From assembly GCA_963799845.1 (NCBI GenBank), contig CAWCYI010000004.1, positions 1,760,001-1,824,000 on the forward strand: a stretch of 64,000 nucleotides of DNA, in the 5' to 3' direction. Both the position numbers and the translations under genes were made by a program. Source of the stretch: an uncultured Nitrososphaerota archaeon (lineage in GTDB: Archaea > Thermoproteota > Nitrososphaeria > Nitrososphaerales > CADDZS01). Positions 1-10,146 of the stretch are shown piece by piece (positions within the stretch are counted from its first letter, which is position 1; each line of letters starts with the position of its first letter). A model generated the notes under the pieces. That model saw only the letters and a list, made by a program, of their open reading frames with translations. It was not told the DNA's origin and did not search any database.

Positions 1-146
1 TCCAGCCTTTAAGTTTGCCAGCCGTCTGAAGCAGTTCGTCGTTCATTTACTCGCACCCAAAAAGGTTTGATTACTTGAATGATTTCCTTGTGTGGCAATC
101 TATAAGAATAAAAAATAGGATTGTCGGGAGCGAGTCGAAAGCGAGA

Positions 147-911
147 ATGGATTTCGGTTGTCGTAGATTTGATGGAAAGATTGTGCTTGTGACGGGATCA
201 GGAAGAGGAATCGGCCTGGAGATCGCTCGATCTTTCGCACGCGAAGGAGCGATTCTCGTTTTGAATGATATCAATAAAGATCAACTGGACAGTGCGCTGG
301 AAGAGATTTCGCTTGACTCTCCAAAGAGCATCAGCTACCTGTGTGATATTTCAAAGAAGGAAGATGTCGCAAGAATGGTGGGTACCATTGTCTCAAGATT
401 AGGCAGAATTGATGTACTCGTCAACAATGCGGGAATAGGAACACCATCTTCTTTTCTCGATATCGGAGAAGAAGAGTGGGACCGCGTGATGGGCATCAAC
501 CTCAAAGGTACCTTTCTTGTGACCCAGCAGGTCGTCGGTCAGATGGTAAAGCAGCGGTACGGGCGCATAGTCATGATATCGAGCCTGTCCGGAAAGATGG
601 GAGGTGTTGCAACTGGAATTCATTACAGTATTTCAAAAGGAGGAATGATGGTCATGGCGAGACAGGTCGCTAGGGAATTCGGTTCGTTCAATATCACAGC
701 AAACGCCGTTGCGCCTTCGTTCGTCGATACGAATCTGCTAACGGACTTGAAACTGGAAAACAAAAAAGAAGATCTTGCGAGGTTGAACGTGATCCAGCGC
801 CTCGCAACCACCGCGGATGTGGCAAATGCCGTGTTATTTCTGGCAGCTGAACCTTCTTCCTTCATAACGGGCGAGACGTTGAATGTGAATGGAGGTAGGT
901 ATATGGACTAA
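147..911 (+). CDS. SDR family oxidoreductase (FabG/3-oxoacyl-ACP reductase-like)
   Basis: TGSGRGIG, NNAG, YSISK catalytic motif, C-terminal ITGETLNVNGG; ATG at 147 preferred over TTG at 75. Confidence 0.9.
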   Translation: MDFGCRRFDGKIVLVTGSGRGIGLEIARSFAREGAILVLNDINKDQLDSALEEISLDSPKSISYLCDISKKEDVARMVGTIVSRLGRIDVLVNNAGIGTPSSFLDIGEEEWDRVMGINLKGTFLVTQQVVGQMVKQRYGRIVMISSLSGKMGGVATGIHYSISKGGMMVMARQVAREFGSFNITANAVAPSFVDTNLLTDLKLENKKEDLARLNVIQRLATTADVANAVLFLAAEPSSFITGETLNVNGGRYMD

Positions 912-1105
912 CCCAAAGCTCACACTATTCATACTAGGTACGGCAAGCTTTTCATAAACCTCTGCCCATGTGACGATCACTCATTCGTTTGCAGTCTGTC
1001 AAAGACGATACGAGTAATCAAAATATATAGAGTTTCAATTCTCACAAGTGATAATCGTACTAATCCCTTAACTAGGCAGAAATAGTTTCCATCATTGATG
1101 TTAAC

Positions 1106-1492
1106 ATGAGTGTCGTATCAGAAGATGTAAAGACAACGATCGATCAGCTGCTGAGGGTAATTTCGACGAAGAATGTGATCTCGGAACCAATCGAAATCGG
1201 GGACAACGTAGTCATAACCATAACCAAAATTGGGCTCGGCTTCGGTACAGGAAAGGGCGAAAGCAAGGCGCCGACGGGTCCTCAAGGAGCTGAAGGGGTG
1301 GGAGGAGCAGCCGGTGTTTCTCCAGTTGCAATCGTCGTAGTTCACAAGTCAACTCCGGGCCCCGCGGGAATAGAGGTTAAATCTCTTACTCCACCTAGCA
1401 CCGTAGGTAAGGCAATCGGAGACCTTGCAACTACAATCATGCAAGGGATGAAAGAACCAAAGGAGAAAAAAGCGCCGGAAAAAGATCAGTAA
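1106..1492 (+). CDS. GerW/YtfJ family protein
   Basis: EPIEIGD...IGLGFGTGKG...GGAAGVSPVAIVVV pattern typical of YtfJ; adjacent to a DUF2953-like gene. Confidence 0.8.
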   Translation: MSVVSEDVKTTIDQLLRVISTKNVISEPIEIGDNVVITITKIGLGFGTGKGESKAPTGPQGAEGVGGAAGVSPVAIVVVHKSTPGPAGIEVKSLTPPSTVGKAIGDLATTIMQGMKEPKEKKAPEKDQ

Positions 1493-1523
1493 CCGATAGC
1501 AAATCCAGAAGGACGACCGCCTT

Positions 1524-2114
1524 TTGATTCTGGAAATTGTGGCGATCGTCCTAATTATTTTGTTCTCTCTTGCGGCAGCTGTATTGCTGATACCATTCCA
1601 TATAGTCCTCACTGCTTCTGTTTCCCAATCTGCCAGAAAGTCCGAAGTCGCGCTTTCCTGGCTGGGATTGACTCTCTGGCAGAGAAAGCAGAGTGGACCA
1701 AAAGCGCCGAAAGAAGAAAAAGAGAAGGAAATGCCTGAGAAAAAAGGACTTGGTATAACCAGGATCGTGCGAATTCTCTCTTCCCTGAGAGATTCTATTC
1801 CTGCCCTTTCAATCTTGGCTGGATCATTTAGGAGAGCCCTACATATTCAAAGACTGGATACGAATTTCACTTTTGGGTTAGGCGATCCGGCAGATACGGC
1901 AATGCTCGCCGGCTACTTGTGGTCTTTCGCGTGGCTCATAAACAGCGTTCCTTCTGTCTCGTTTTCGTTTCGCCCCGACTTTGAGATGATTGGTCTTGAC
2001 GGATCTATCAAAGCCGAAGCGAAAGTCAAGATATTATTCTTGGCAATCGGATTCGTGAGAGCGTATTCGAAGAAACCATTTCGGAAACTAATCAGAGAAG
2101 TCAGAACGAGATGA
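1524..2114 (+). CDS. DUF2953 (YtfI-like) membrane-anchored protein
   Basis: N-terminal TM helix; FGLGDPADTAMLAGYLW and FRPDF motifs; synteny with YtfJ. Confidence 0.75.
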   Translation: MILEIVAIVLIILFSLAAAVLLIPFHIVLTASVSQSARKSEVALSWLGLTLWQRKQSGPKAPKEEKEKEMPEKKGLGITRIVRILSSLRDSIPALSILAGSFRRALHIQRLDTNFTFGLGDPADTAMLAGYLWSFAWLINSVPSVSFSFRPDFEMIGLDGSIKAEAKVKILFLAIGFVRAYSKKPFRKLIREVRTR

Positions 2115-2482
2115 TGGTTATGGAGCTTGAAGAAAAAAAGGACTTTGAGATAGGCCCTACACTCGAAATAGGAGACAGACTCATTTTCGTTCTATGCGAG
2201 AGATTGCTGATTAAAACTCGGAAGGATCAACTGGTTTTCGGGATGTTGATTTCACCGATTTACATCATAATTGTAGAACATGATCTGCGCTACGCCTTCT
2301 CTCTCTTGGAAGGGACAGAAGTGGACATGGAGGAGCTTTTTCTAAAGTATCCCTCGTTGAAAGAGAAATTGAACCTAATTCGAAATCAGTTTGGGAACGT
2401 CACAAGTTTCAGCACGAAAGATACCTCACAGGCGGGGTTCGCCCTGGAGTTTTCAAACAACCATGAATCATTCGAATTCTGA
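2111..2482 (+). CDS. hypothetical protein, divergent YtfJ-like
   Basis: ATGA overlap with upstream stop; LEIGD and ISPIYIIIV segments parallel those of the 1106 protein. Confidence 0.55.
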   Translation: MMVMELEEKKDFEIGPTLEIGDRLIFVLCERLLIKTRKDQLVFGMLISPIYIIIVEHDLRYAFSLLEGTEVDMEELFLKYPSLKEKLNLIRNQFGNVTSFSTKDTSQAGFALEFSNNHESFEF

Positions 2483-2506
2483 AATCCTTGACAAAAATTA
2501 CCCGAG

Positions 2507-3211
2507 TTACGATAGCAGTTTGTCAAACACATGCTTCTCTGCTCTTCGCAGGTGTTCGCCCACCGTTCCCTTGTCCATCCGAAGGACGCTCGCAAGATCA
2601 TCGGTTCTGGTTCTCTTCGGAACATCGTAGTATCCCATGGCATGGGCAAGCCGTAGAATGCTCGTTTGCTTCCCAGTCAAGGAATTCAAGGCTGAATCGC
2701 TCCTTGCCTTGGGACGAGCTAGCCTGAGCACCTTGTACGGAACTTTGATTTGGTCCAACCCGTCCAGCAGTTGCCTGATCATCTTCTCGTGGGCAATTAC
2801 TGATACCTGAAGCTTCCCTTCTTGGAATCTTGGGTTCCCCAAACTGTATATCGGCGCTTTTTCCATCGCCTCGAAGAATTTCAATTCCTCTGCCAGCCGC
2901 CGGTCGAGCTTCCCATGACGTTTGGTAATCAGCCACCTGCCCGAAACCAGCAATATCTCGGAACCCGATTTCTCCTTGTTCAGAACCTTCACGCTGATGT
3001 TGTGAGAGTCATCGCCGGAAATAGAGTGTCTGAAAAGCTCCGATTCCTCATGCGATCCGCGGCAGAGCAGCAAGAAGCCTCGGCTGCGAAACTCTAGGAC
3101 ATTCAGAATATCGAGATGTTTCAATGCCTTGATCAGAAAGGAGGTCTCGGATTTTTCGTCGATTTGAACCTCGAAAGTCAGTTCTCTCATGGTCGTTTCG
3201 ATATACCCCAC
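2507..3211 (-). CDS. HTH_10 (bacterio-opsin activator-type) transcriptional regulator
   Basis: C-terminal LTGKQTSILRLAHAMGYYDVPKR...TVGEHLRRAE signature; divergent from MFS gene. Confidence 0.85.
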   Translation of the reverse strand: MGYIETTMRELTFEVQIDEKSETSFLIKALKHLDILNVLEFRSRGFLLLCRGSHEESELFRHSISGDDSHNISVKVLNKEKSGSEILLVSGRWLITKRHGKLDRRLAEELKFFEAMEKAPIYSLGNPRFQEGKLQVSVIAHEKMIRQLLDGLDQIKVPYKVLRLARPKARSDSALNSLTGKQTSILRLAHAMGYYDVPKRTRTDDLASVLRMDKGTVGEHLRRAEKHVFDKLLS

Positions 3212-3265
3212 ATGTGGGGTATAACAGTTATTCGAATATTCAAAAAATAATTGATTCGATCGATT

Positions 3266-4711
3266 ATGACGCCATCAAATCCCAAGATGAACAACCTGGG
3301 ACAAAAACTTGCACTCGGGGTCCAGTTCGGATTGATCGCAGGTCCTTTTCTCAGCATGATCGACTCAAACGTAGTAAACGTGGCGCTTCCAGCTATCCTG
3401 ACGGACTTTCATAGCTCACTCTCCGCAGTGCAGTGGGTGCTCAGCGCGTATCTTTTGTCCAGCGGCGGCGCGCTCGTTGCAAGTCCTTATCTCTCAAAGA
3501 AGTTCGGAGCAAACCGCGTCTACCTCCTGAGCCTGCTGGGCTTTACAGGCGCATCGGGGCTCTGCGCTCTCGCTCCCACCCTCGAGATCCTCATTCTTGC
3601 CAGAGTCCTGCAAGGAGCCTTGGGATCCGTGATGGTGCCGCTCGCGATGGACATGCTGCTTGGAAAGAGTGGGAGTTCGAAGCAAATCTCCCCTGCGTTC
3701 GGGATAATCCTCTTCCTCGCTCCGGCGCTTGGACCTACCCTCGGAGGATTTCTGATCGGCGTTGCCGGGTGGCCTTCCGTATTCCTCATAAACGTCCCGC
3801 TCGGACTCTTCTCCGCCCTCATAATATCGCGTAGCAAAATTCCTCGAATCCGCCCCAGCGAAGTGCCTAAATTTGATCTGGTGGGCGCTGTTATTCTCGC
3901 ATCCGGCGTCGTCCTCGCGTTGTACGGGGCTTCCGAAGGCCCGCTGCTCGGATGGATTTCGATCGGGTCGTTGCCCTTTTGGGTATCCGGCATCATTCTG
4001 TTGGCTGTCTACGGGCTGTGGTCTCTCCGCAAACCGAATCCAGCCATAAACCTGAAGCTGCTGAGAAATACTCAGACAGCGCTGGCACTGGTGATAATCA
4101 CCATCGCGGCTACGGTACTCTTCGCGATGCTGTTTCTTCTCCCCATCTTCATGGAATCAATCCAGGGCGTGTCTGCTACAATCACGGGCCTCACACTGTT
4201 ACCGCAGGGAATAGTCACAGGAATCGGAACCTGGATCGGCGACAAGTTGTCAAAGCAGAGGAGTGAGAGAAGCATCCGGCTTACTACCGTCCTGGGGATG
4301 GCGATTCTGGCCGCGACAACGGCGATGCTGTTGTTTGTCGACGTAGGGACGCCAGACTGGATAATCGCTGCCATCCTTAGCGGAAGAGGGCTCGCGTTGG
4401 GTCTAACGATCCAACCTCTGCTGTATGCAACAATTGGGAATCTGACAGACCAAGAAGTCCCTGATGGAAACACTTTGTTCAACGTAATGGATCGCCTCGG
4501 AGGCTCAGTCGGAATCTCCTTACTTGCTACCTTCTTCCAGTTCAGAGAGCAAGCTTACATTTCGGCCGAGTCAACGACATCTCCCTCGACCTCGCAGCTG
4601 GTTCTTGCAGCGTTGCACGGGTTTCATGATACCATCCTGCTTCTCACCGCCATTTCTTTATTCGGGCTGTTTCTTGCCATACTATTGAAGACGAAAAACG
4701 AGAATCAATAG
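3266..4711 (+). CDS. DHA2 (EmrB/QacA) MFS efflux transporter
   Basis: about 14 hydrophobic segments; IDSNVVNVALP, LARVLQG, GPTLGG, WPSVFLINVP motifs; start approximate (ORF opens at 3251). Confidence 0.9.
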   Translation: MTPSNPKMNNLGQKLALGVQFGLIAGPFLSMIDSNVVNVALPAILTDFHSSLSAVQWVLSAYLLSSGGALVASPYLSKKFGANRVYLLSLLGFTGASGLCALAPTLEILILARVLQGALGSVMVPLAMDMLLGKSGSSKQISPAFGIILFLAPALGPTLGGFLIGVAGWPSVFLINVPLGLFSALIISRSKIPRIRPSEVPKFDLVGAVILASGVVLALYGASEGPLLGWISIGSLPFWVSGIILLAVYGLWSLRKPNPAINLKLLRNTQTALALVIITIAATVLFAMLFLLPIFMESIQGVSATITGLTLLPQGIVTGIGTWIGDKLSKQRSERSIRLTTVLGMAILAATTAMLLFVDVGTPDWIIAAILSGRGLALGLTIQPLLYATIGNLTDQEVPDGNTLFNVMDRLGGSVGISLLATFFQFREQAYISAESTTSPSTSQLVLAALHGFHDTILLLTAISLFGLFLAILLKTKNENQ

Positions 4712-4749
4712 CAATACTTATTCTTAGAAAAATAAGACGAGCCAGTTTC

Positions 4750-5766
4750 TTGGAAAAGATTGATTACACACTACTACTTCCTTCCTACCGATCCTCTCAA
4801 TTGAACAGCAGGCTCTCCAAACGAATTCTCGTGACCGGAGCAACAGGGCAGATCGGTTCAGAGTTAATATTCGAGCTTTCGAAAAAATACGGTCGGAACA
4901 ATGTGGTGGCTACAAGTCACAGCAAGACTCCAAGCGAAGAAATGCTCTCTTCTGTCATCTTTGAATCCTTGGATGTCGCCGACAAAATCGCGGTTTCAAA
5001 GATCGCGGAGAAGCACAACATAGACACCATTTACCATCTTGCAGGACTGCTTTCTGCCGTGGGCGAAAAAAATCCAATGCTCGCTTGGCAGGTGAACATT
5101 GGAGGTCTCCTTAACGTGCTTGAGATTGCACGAGAACGGAACATGATCAGAGTATTTTGGCCGAGTTCAATAGCAGTCTTTGGCCCTGAAGCTCCTCGTG
5201 TAATGACGCCCCAGCTGACGCCGCTTATTCCGAGAACAATTTACGGCTCAAGTAAGGTTGCGGGAGAACTCCTTTGCAATTATTACTTCAATCGGTATGG
5301 TCTCGATGTCAGGAGCATCCGATATCCTGGCATCATCAGCAGCGAAACGCCTCCCGGAGGCGGAACAACAGATTACGCGGTCGAGATTTTCTACGAAGCA
5401 ATCAAGAAAAAGCAGTACACATGTTTTGTCAGAAGGGACACAGTCCTGCCGATGCTCTACATGCCCGACTGCATCGCGGGCACTTTGGATCTGATGGAAG
5501 CAGACTCTTCCAAGATCAAGATCCGCACTAGCTACAACCTTGGTGGACTGAGCTTCTCCGCAGAGGAACTTGCAAATGAAGTAAGAAAGTTCATTCCAGA
5601 ACTTACCGTCGATTACAAACCAGATTTTAGACAAAACATAGCCGATTCCTGGCCCATGTCGATAGACGATAGCGACGCTCAGAGGGACTGGAACTGGAAG
5701 CCCTCTTACAGCCTTGCATCGATCACCAAAGACATGATCGAAAAACTCTCCAAAAGGCTCCAGTAG
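4750..5766 (+). CDS. tdh: L-threonine 3-dehydrogenase, SDR/epimerase type
   Basis: GATGQIG, LSAVGE, PSSIAVFG, YGSSK, PGGGTTDY, RQNIADSWP motifs; directly upstream of kbl; true start may be downstream. Confidence 0.88.
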   Translation: MEKIDYTLLLPSYRSSQLNSRLSKRILVTGATGQIGSELIFELSKKYGRNNVVATSHSKTPSEEMLSSVIFESLDVADKIAVSKIAEKHNIDTIYHLAGLLSAVGEKNPMLAWQVNIGGLLNVLEIARERNMIRVFWPSSIAVFGPEAPRVMTPQLTPLIPRTIYGSSKVAGELLCNYYFNRYGLDVRSIRYPGIISSETPPGGGTTDYAVEIFYEAIKKKQYTCFVRRDTVLPMLYMPDCIAGTLDLMEADSSKIKIRTSYNLGGLSFSAEELANEVRKFIPELTVDYKPDFRQNIADSWPMSIDDSDAQRDWNWKPSYSLASITKDMIEKLSKRLQ

Positions 5767-5821
5767 TTTGGCGGGAAATGGTTAAAGTTCAGTTCCGAGC
5801 TCTCAGAATGTGGCAATCCTT

Positions 5822-7015
5822 ATGCGAAATCCAACATCGTTCCTGCGCGACGAGTACGAAGATCTGGTAAAAAACGAGCTTGAATGGAAACTACGAGTTC
5901 TTCAAGGGCCGAGCACTTCTTGGTGCACCGTTGACGGCAAGAAAGTGCTCATGTTTTGCTCTAACAATTATCTCGGCCTGAGCAATCATCCCAGACTAAA
6001 AGAGGCATCAATTAAGGCTGTGCAGAGTCATGGTGCAGGCTCAGGATCTGTCCGACCGATTGCCGGGAACATGGATCTGCATGTCGAACTGGAAAAACGT
6101 CTTGCACTTTTCAAACATGCTGATGCCTCACTGACCTATCAGACTGGTTTTGCCGCAAATGCTGGTCTGATCCCGCAGCTCGTCGGAGAAACCGACATAA
6201 TAATCAGCGACGAGCTGAACCACGGGAGCATCATCGACGGAGTCAGATTATCGCGGGCAGAACGAACGGTCTACAAGCACACGAACATGCCAGATTTGGA
6301 GCGCGTTCTCGACGAAGCAGAAAAACACACTCCCCCGTACAGACGAATCTTGTTGATAACGGATGGGGTCTTCTCGATGGATGGAGATATTGCTCCGCTG
6401 GATGAGATAGCAAAGCTCGGTTCCGAGCACGGCGCAATGGTTTACGTTGACGACGCCCACGGCGAAGGAGTTCTCGGAGAAGGAGGCAGAGGGATAGTTT
6501 CTCATTTCAAGCTTTCACGAGACAAAGTGCACGTGGAGATGGGAACATTCTCCAAAGCTTTTGGCGTAGTTGGAGGACACGTCTCGGGTTCCAAAGATCT
6601 CGTCAATTTTGCTTACAACAAATCTCGAACCTGGCTCCTCAGCGGGTCTCATCCTCCGGCGGTAGTTGCTGCATGCATCGCAGCTATCGATGTCTTGGAG
6701 AGCGAACCCCAACATGTTGAGAAACTCTGGGAGAACACTAGATACTTCAAGAAATCAATGAAGGATCTCGGGTTTGACATTGGAAACAGTCAGACGCCAA
6801 TCACTCCGGTCATGGTGGGAGACAGTACTCTTGCGAAGAAATTGAGTTCAAGGCTATTCGAGGAAGGAGTATTTGCCTTACCAATTGTTTACCCGATGGT
6901 TGCGCTTGATAAGGCGCGAATAAGGACCATCATGAACGCGGCTCTGACTAGAGAGGATCTAGACTTTGCAATCGAGGCGTTCACAGAGATAGGAAAGGAA
7001 TTGAAAATAATATGA
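5822..7015 (+). CDS. kbl: glycine C-acetyltransferase (2-amino-3-ketobutyrate CoA ligase)
   Basis: SNNYLGL, SDELNHGSIIDG, DGVFSMDGD, DDAHGEG, GTFSKAFG (PLP Lys), ARIR. Confidence 0.88.
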   Translation: MRNPTSFLRDEYEDLVKNELEWKLRVLQGPSTSWCTVDGKKVLMFCSNNYLGLSNHPRLKEASIKAVQSHGAGSGSVRPIAGNMDLHVELEKRLALFKHADASLTYQTGFAANAGLIPQLVGETDIIISDELNHGSIIDGVRLSRAERTVYKHTNMPDLERVLDEAEKHTPPYRRILLITDGVFSMDGDIAPLDEIAKLGSEHGAMVYVDDAHGEGVLGEGGRGIVSHFKLSRDKVHVEMGTFSKAFGVVGGHVSGSKDLVNFAYNKSRTWLLSGSHPPAVVAACIAAIDVLESEPQHVEKLWENTRYFKKSMKDLGFDIGNSQTPITPVMVGDSTLAKKLSSRLFEEGVFALPIVYPMVALDKARIRTIMNAALTREDLDFAIEAFTEIGKELKII

Positions 7016-7034
7016 TCGTGTCACGGTTCCGGAA

Positions 7035-7238
7035 ATGATACCTCTTCATGTTCCAAAGCCATTAGCGGAAGCATTTAACCTCCATGAAGGCAGTGTCGTG
7101 ACGTTCACAAAGGAAGAAGATGCTATCCTTTTGAGAAAAACAAGCGATACAAAGGACAAGCTTACCGAGATAATGTCGTGGAATACCAAGAGAAAGAAAG
7201 GTAAGCTAAAGAAGGTCGTCGAGAAGGAGAATTCATGA
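7035..7238 (+). CDS. AbrB/MazE-like DNA-binding protein (orphan antitoxin, possibly truncated)
   Basis: LHVPKPLAEAFNLHEGSVVTF...ILLRK swapped-hairpin pattern; no toxin downstream. Confidence 0.5.
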   Translation: MIPLHVPKPLAEAFNLHEGSVVTFTKEEDAILLRKTSDTKDKLTEIMSWNTKRKKGKLKKVVEKENS

Positions 7239-7473
7239 TGAAGACCCACAGCCTTTCACAGCCTGACCTAAATCAGATTCGGAAAAAGACCGCCTAATCA
7301 AGAATAGAGATTTACGATTGGAAGAGCAAGATAACCGGATTTCTTGCTTCTTAACCATCGAGCGTTTTATTGTCGATCTCAGTAACTATCCCTGGTAAAA
7401 TAATATATTTTTACGAACTAAATTAGAAGTGGTCTTTGGCAGCCCGTCAGTTCGAAACCTAGACCCAAATTGA

Positions 7474-8430
7474 ATGATGCGAATGGAAGATCTTTTGGAA
7501 TGTAGAAACCTCACTAAACAGTATGGAAAAGAGGCGCCTGCTTTGGACAATGTAAGCCTCTCAATAAAGACAAGTGGGATCTTTGCACTCTTGGGAAGGA
7601 ACGGCGCTGGAAAGACTACGCTGATAAGGATACTCGCGACCGAGCTCATGCCAAGCTCCGGAAGCGCGAGTATCAATGGGATGGATGTGGTGAATGACAC
7701 CAAGAAGATAAGGGCACAGATAGCGGTTATGCCACAGGAGGCAAGGCTCGTACCCTGGCTGACTCCAAGGCAGGCAATCTATTCTTACCTTTTGTACAGG
7801 GGATTCAGCAGAAACGAAGCCTCTTCAAAAGTTGCTGGAGCACTCGCAAATCTTGGACTCGGTAAATATGAGAATACTCTGAATAGGCATCTTTCTGGCG
7901 GCGTGAAAAGAAGGGTGCTGATGACTATGATCCTTGCAACTGATGCAAAGATCCTGTTCGTGGATGAACCGACAACGGGCCTTGATCCCATAATAAGAGC
8001 AGATCTGTGGGCCAAATTGAATGAACTAAAAAAGACCCACTTCATATTCTTGACAACCCATTACCTCGAAGAAGCAGAAAGACTGGCTGACATGATCGGC
8101 ATACTTGAGAACGGAAGACTTCTCAGTTTAGGCACTTTGGATCAGCTCAGGTCGATGGTCAAATACCAGTACAGCATACGCATCCTGCAAATTGGTTCTT
8201 CCTTCGAGCCGAAAATCGGCGAGGTAATCAAGAGCGCCGATGGATCAACTCAGATTTTCGCTACGGAGGAGGATGCCGACAAACTCTCAGAGCAGCTGAT
8301 AAGGGAAAGGAAACGATTTTCGATCTATCCAATCTCGCTGGAAGATATTTTCTATTATCTGGTGAGGAAACCAATCGAAGAAGATACCAAGCACAATTCA
8401 ATCGAGCAGAATGATGTTCATGAAGATTAA
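7474..8430 (+). CDS. ABC-2 type exporter ATP-binding protein
   Basis: Walker A GRNGAGKTT, LSGG signature, Walker B LFVDEPT, H-loop TTHY. Confidence 0.92.
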   Translation: MMRMEDLLECRNLTKQYGKEAPALDNVSLSIKTSGIFALLGRNGAGKTTLIRILATELMPSSGSASINGMDVVNDTKKIRAQIAVMPQEARLVPWLTPRQAIYSYLLYRGFSRNEASSKVAGALANLGLGKYENTLNRHLSGGVKRRVLMTMILATDAKILFVDEPTTGLDPIIRADLWAKLNELKKTHFIFLTTHYLEEAERLADMIGILENGRLLSLGTLDQLRSMVKYQYSIRILQIGSSFEPKIGEVIKSADGSTQIFATEEDADKLSEQLIRERKRFSIYPISLEDIFYYLVRKPIEEDTKHNSIEQNDVHED

Positions 8431-9164
8431 CAGATTGAATCAGGTTTATGCATCAATATTGATTGATGCAATATACCAGATGAAGAACTATCCAATCACA
8501 TTGGTAAGCAACGTAATTGCACCATTTTCCGTTCTAATCCTGATAATCCTCGTGAGTCATGGACAACTGTTGAGCATCTCGATAGAAGGCGCTCTGATAA
8601 CCAGTATGATCTCCGGTGGCGTGACTTTACAGATCGATCTTTCTCACATCAAGAACGACTTCAAGCTGCAGGACATGCTGATTCAGCTCGCCTACCAGCG
8701 CATTCACTTACACGCTGGGAATGGCGATGGCTGCACTCACAAACGCCCTTCCCGCACTCGCCGTTCTGACCAGTCTCGCGTTTCTATACATACACACTAG
8801 CCCAATCGGTGCGCTCACAATTTTTGCGGTGTTTTCATTAATATTTGCATTCTCGGTCGCACTTGGCTTCATGCTCTCGACCTTCAGCACCGATATCCAG
8901 CAAAACCGTGCGTTCGTGAGTATCTTGACTGTCATATTAGCAACTATAGCCCCGATATACTATCCAATAACCTACATACCACTTTCAATAAGGTTCATAG
9001 CATATCTCTCTCCAGCCACTTATGCGGCAGAAATAGCCCAGAATGCAATACGCGATTTACCACTCTCGGCTTCAAACCTCGCAATCGATTGGATTGTACT
9101 GATAGCGGTCTCTGGCGTACTGTTTGCTGTCGCTGTAAGAAAGAGTCACTGGCGCGATCCTTAA
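8411..9164 (+). CDS. ABC-2 type exporter permease (frameshift near 8685)
   Basis: two overlapping hydrophobic ORFs 8411-8800 and 8721-9164 join into one permease; PIYYP..IP and SPATYAA motifs. Confidence 0.8.
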
Positions 9165-9442
9165 TCCGGAATCGACCGGATACCTTTCCACGTCTCATGG
9201 TAGAGTCGAATCTATCCTGTCCAGATCGTAAGACAGTATATTGATGACTACTTTAGAAAAGTGATACGTTTGCTATAGAAAAGTTCCAGAATTGAATTAA
9301 TAACTGAGATGGTTATGCAATAATCTTCAGATGGGCGGATTCTACATGAATCTGAATCAAATCAGCTGGAGCAATTAAAGCTGCATGATTCAGAGCCTGT
9401 ACACATAAAGCCACCCGACTAAGCTGGCTTGTCGAACTATCA

Positions 9443-10021
9443 TTGGGCGTATCTAGCTTTTTAGTAGTCAGGCACGGAGAAACTCAAGGTAACGTGATGG
9501 GGATAAATGCCGGTCCCCTTGACTACCCGCTTACCAAGAAAGGAAAAAAGGAAATTGAGTACCTCGCGAAAACACTTTCAGAAATCAAGATCTCTGCAAT
9601 ATACTGCAGCCCGGTGTTTCGCGCAGTTGAAACTGCGAGGATACTGGCCGGGCCTCATAAGTTAGGCGTGCAAACGGTCGAGGATCTTACGGAAGCAAAG
9701 CTCAAACGTGAATTTGTGGGAAAGAAAGGAAGGAAACGCATCCTTACAACACCTGGGGCATTTGACGAAACGTACCCAGAGCTGCAAGAGCGAGTGGTGA
9801 GGTCAATCGATTACATCAAAAATCAGGCAAGTGGAAACGTCATAGTCGTCTCCCACGGAGATCCGATAACGGCGTTGCTGCAATACGTGGTGGAAAGAAA
9901 AATTGGAAAGAACAATTACTACGTGTTACATCCAGACCCAGGATCGCTCTGCATTGTCGATTTCACGGACAGGCTGGAACTGGTCTTGTTCAATTACCAT
10001 CGAAAGCAGTTTGAACGATAG
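9443..10021 (+). CDS. histidine phosphatase (PGM-like) family protein
   Basis: VRHGET, SPVFRAVETA, VVSHG motifs. Confidence 0.88.
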   Translation: MGVSSFLVVRHGETQGNVMGINAGPLDYPLTKKGKKEIEYLAKTLSEIKISAIYCSPVFRAVETARILAGPHKLGVQTVEDLTEAKLKREFVGKKGRKRILTTPGAFDETYPELQERVVRSIDYIKNQASGNVIVVSHGDPITALLQYVVERKIGKNNYYVLHPDPGSLCIVDFTDRLELVLFNYHRKQFER

Positions 10022-10146
10022 TATACTGCCGAAGCCTCTTGGGTTTCACTTTCGAGCAATTCTTTCCACTTCATCATCTGTTTCGGCTTTTATTGGTTAT
10101 CGGTACATGATATCTCGTCGAGCTGTTTCAGTACTACCGGTCTTGA

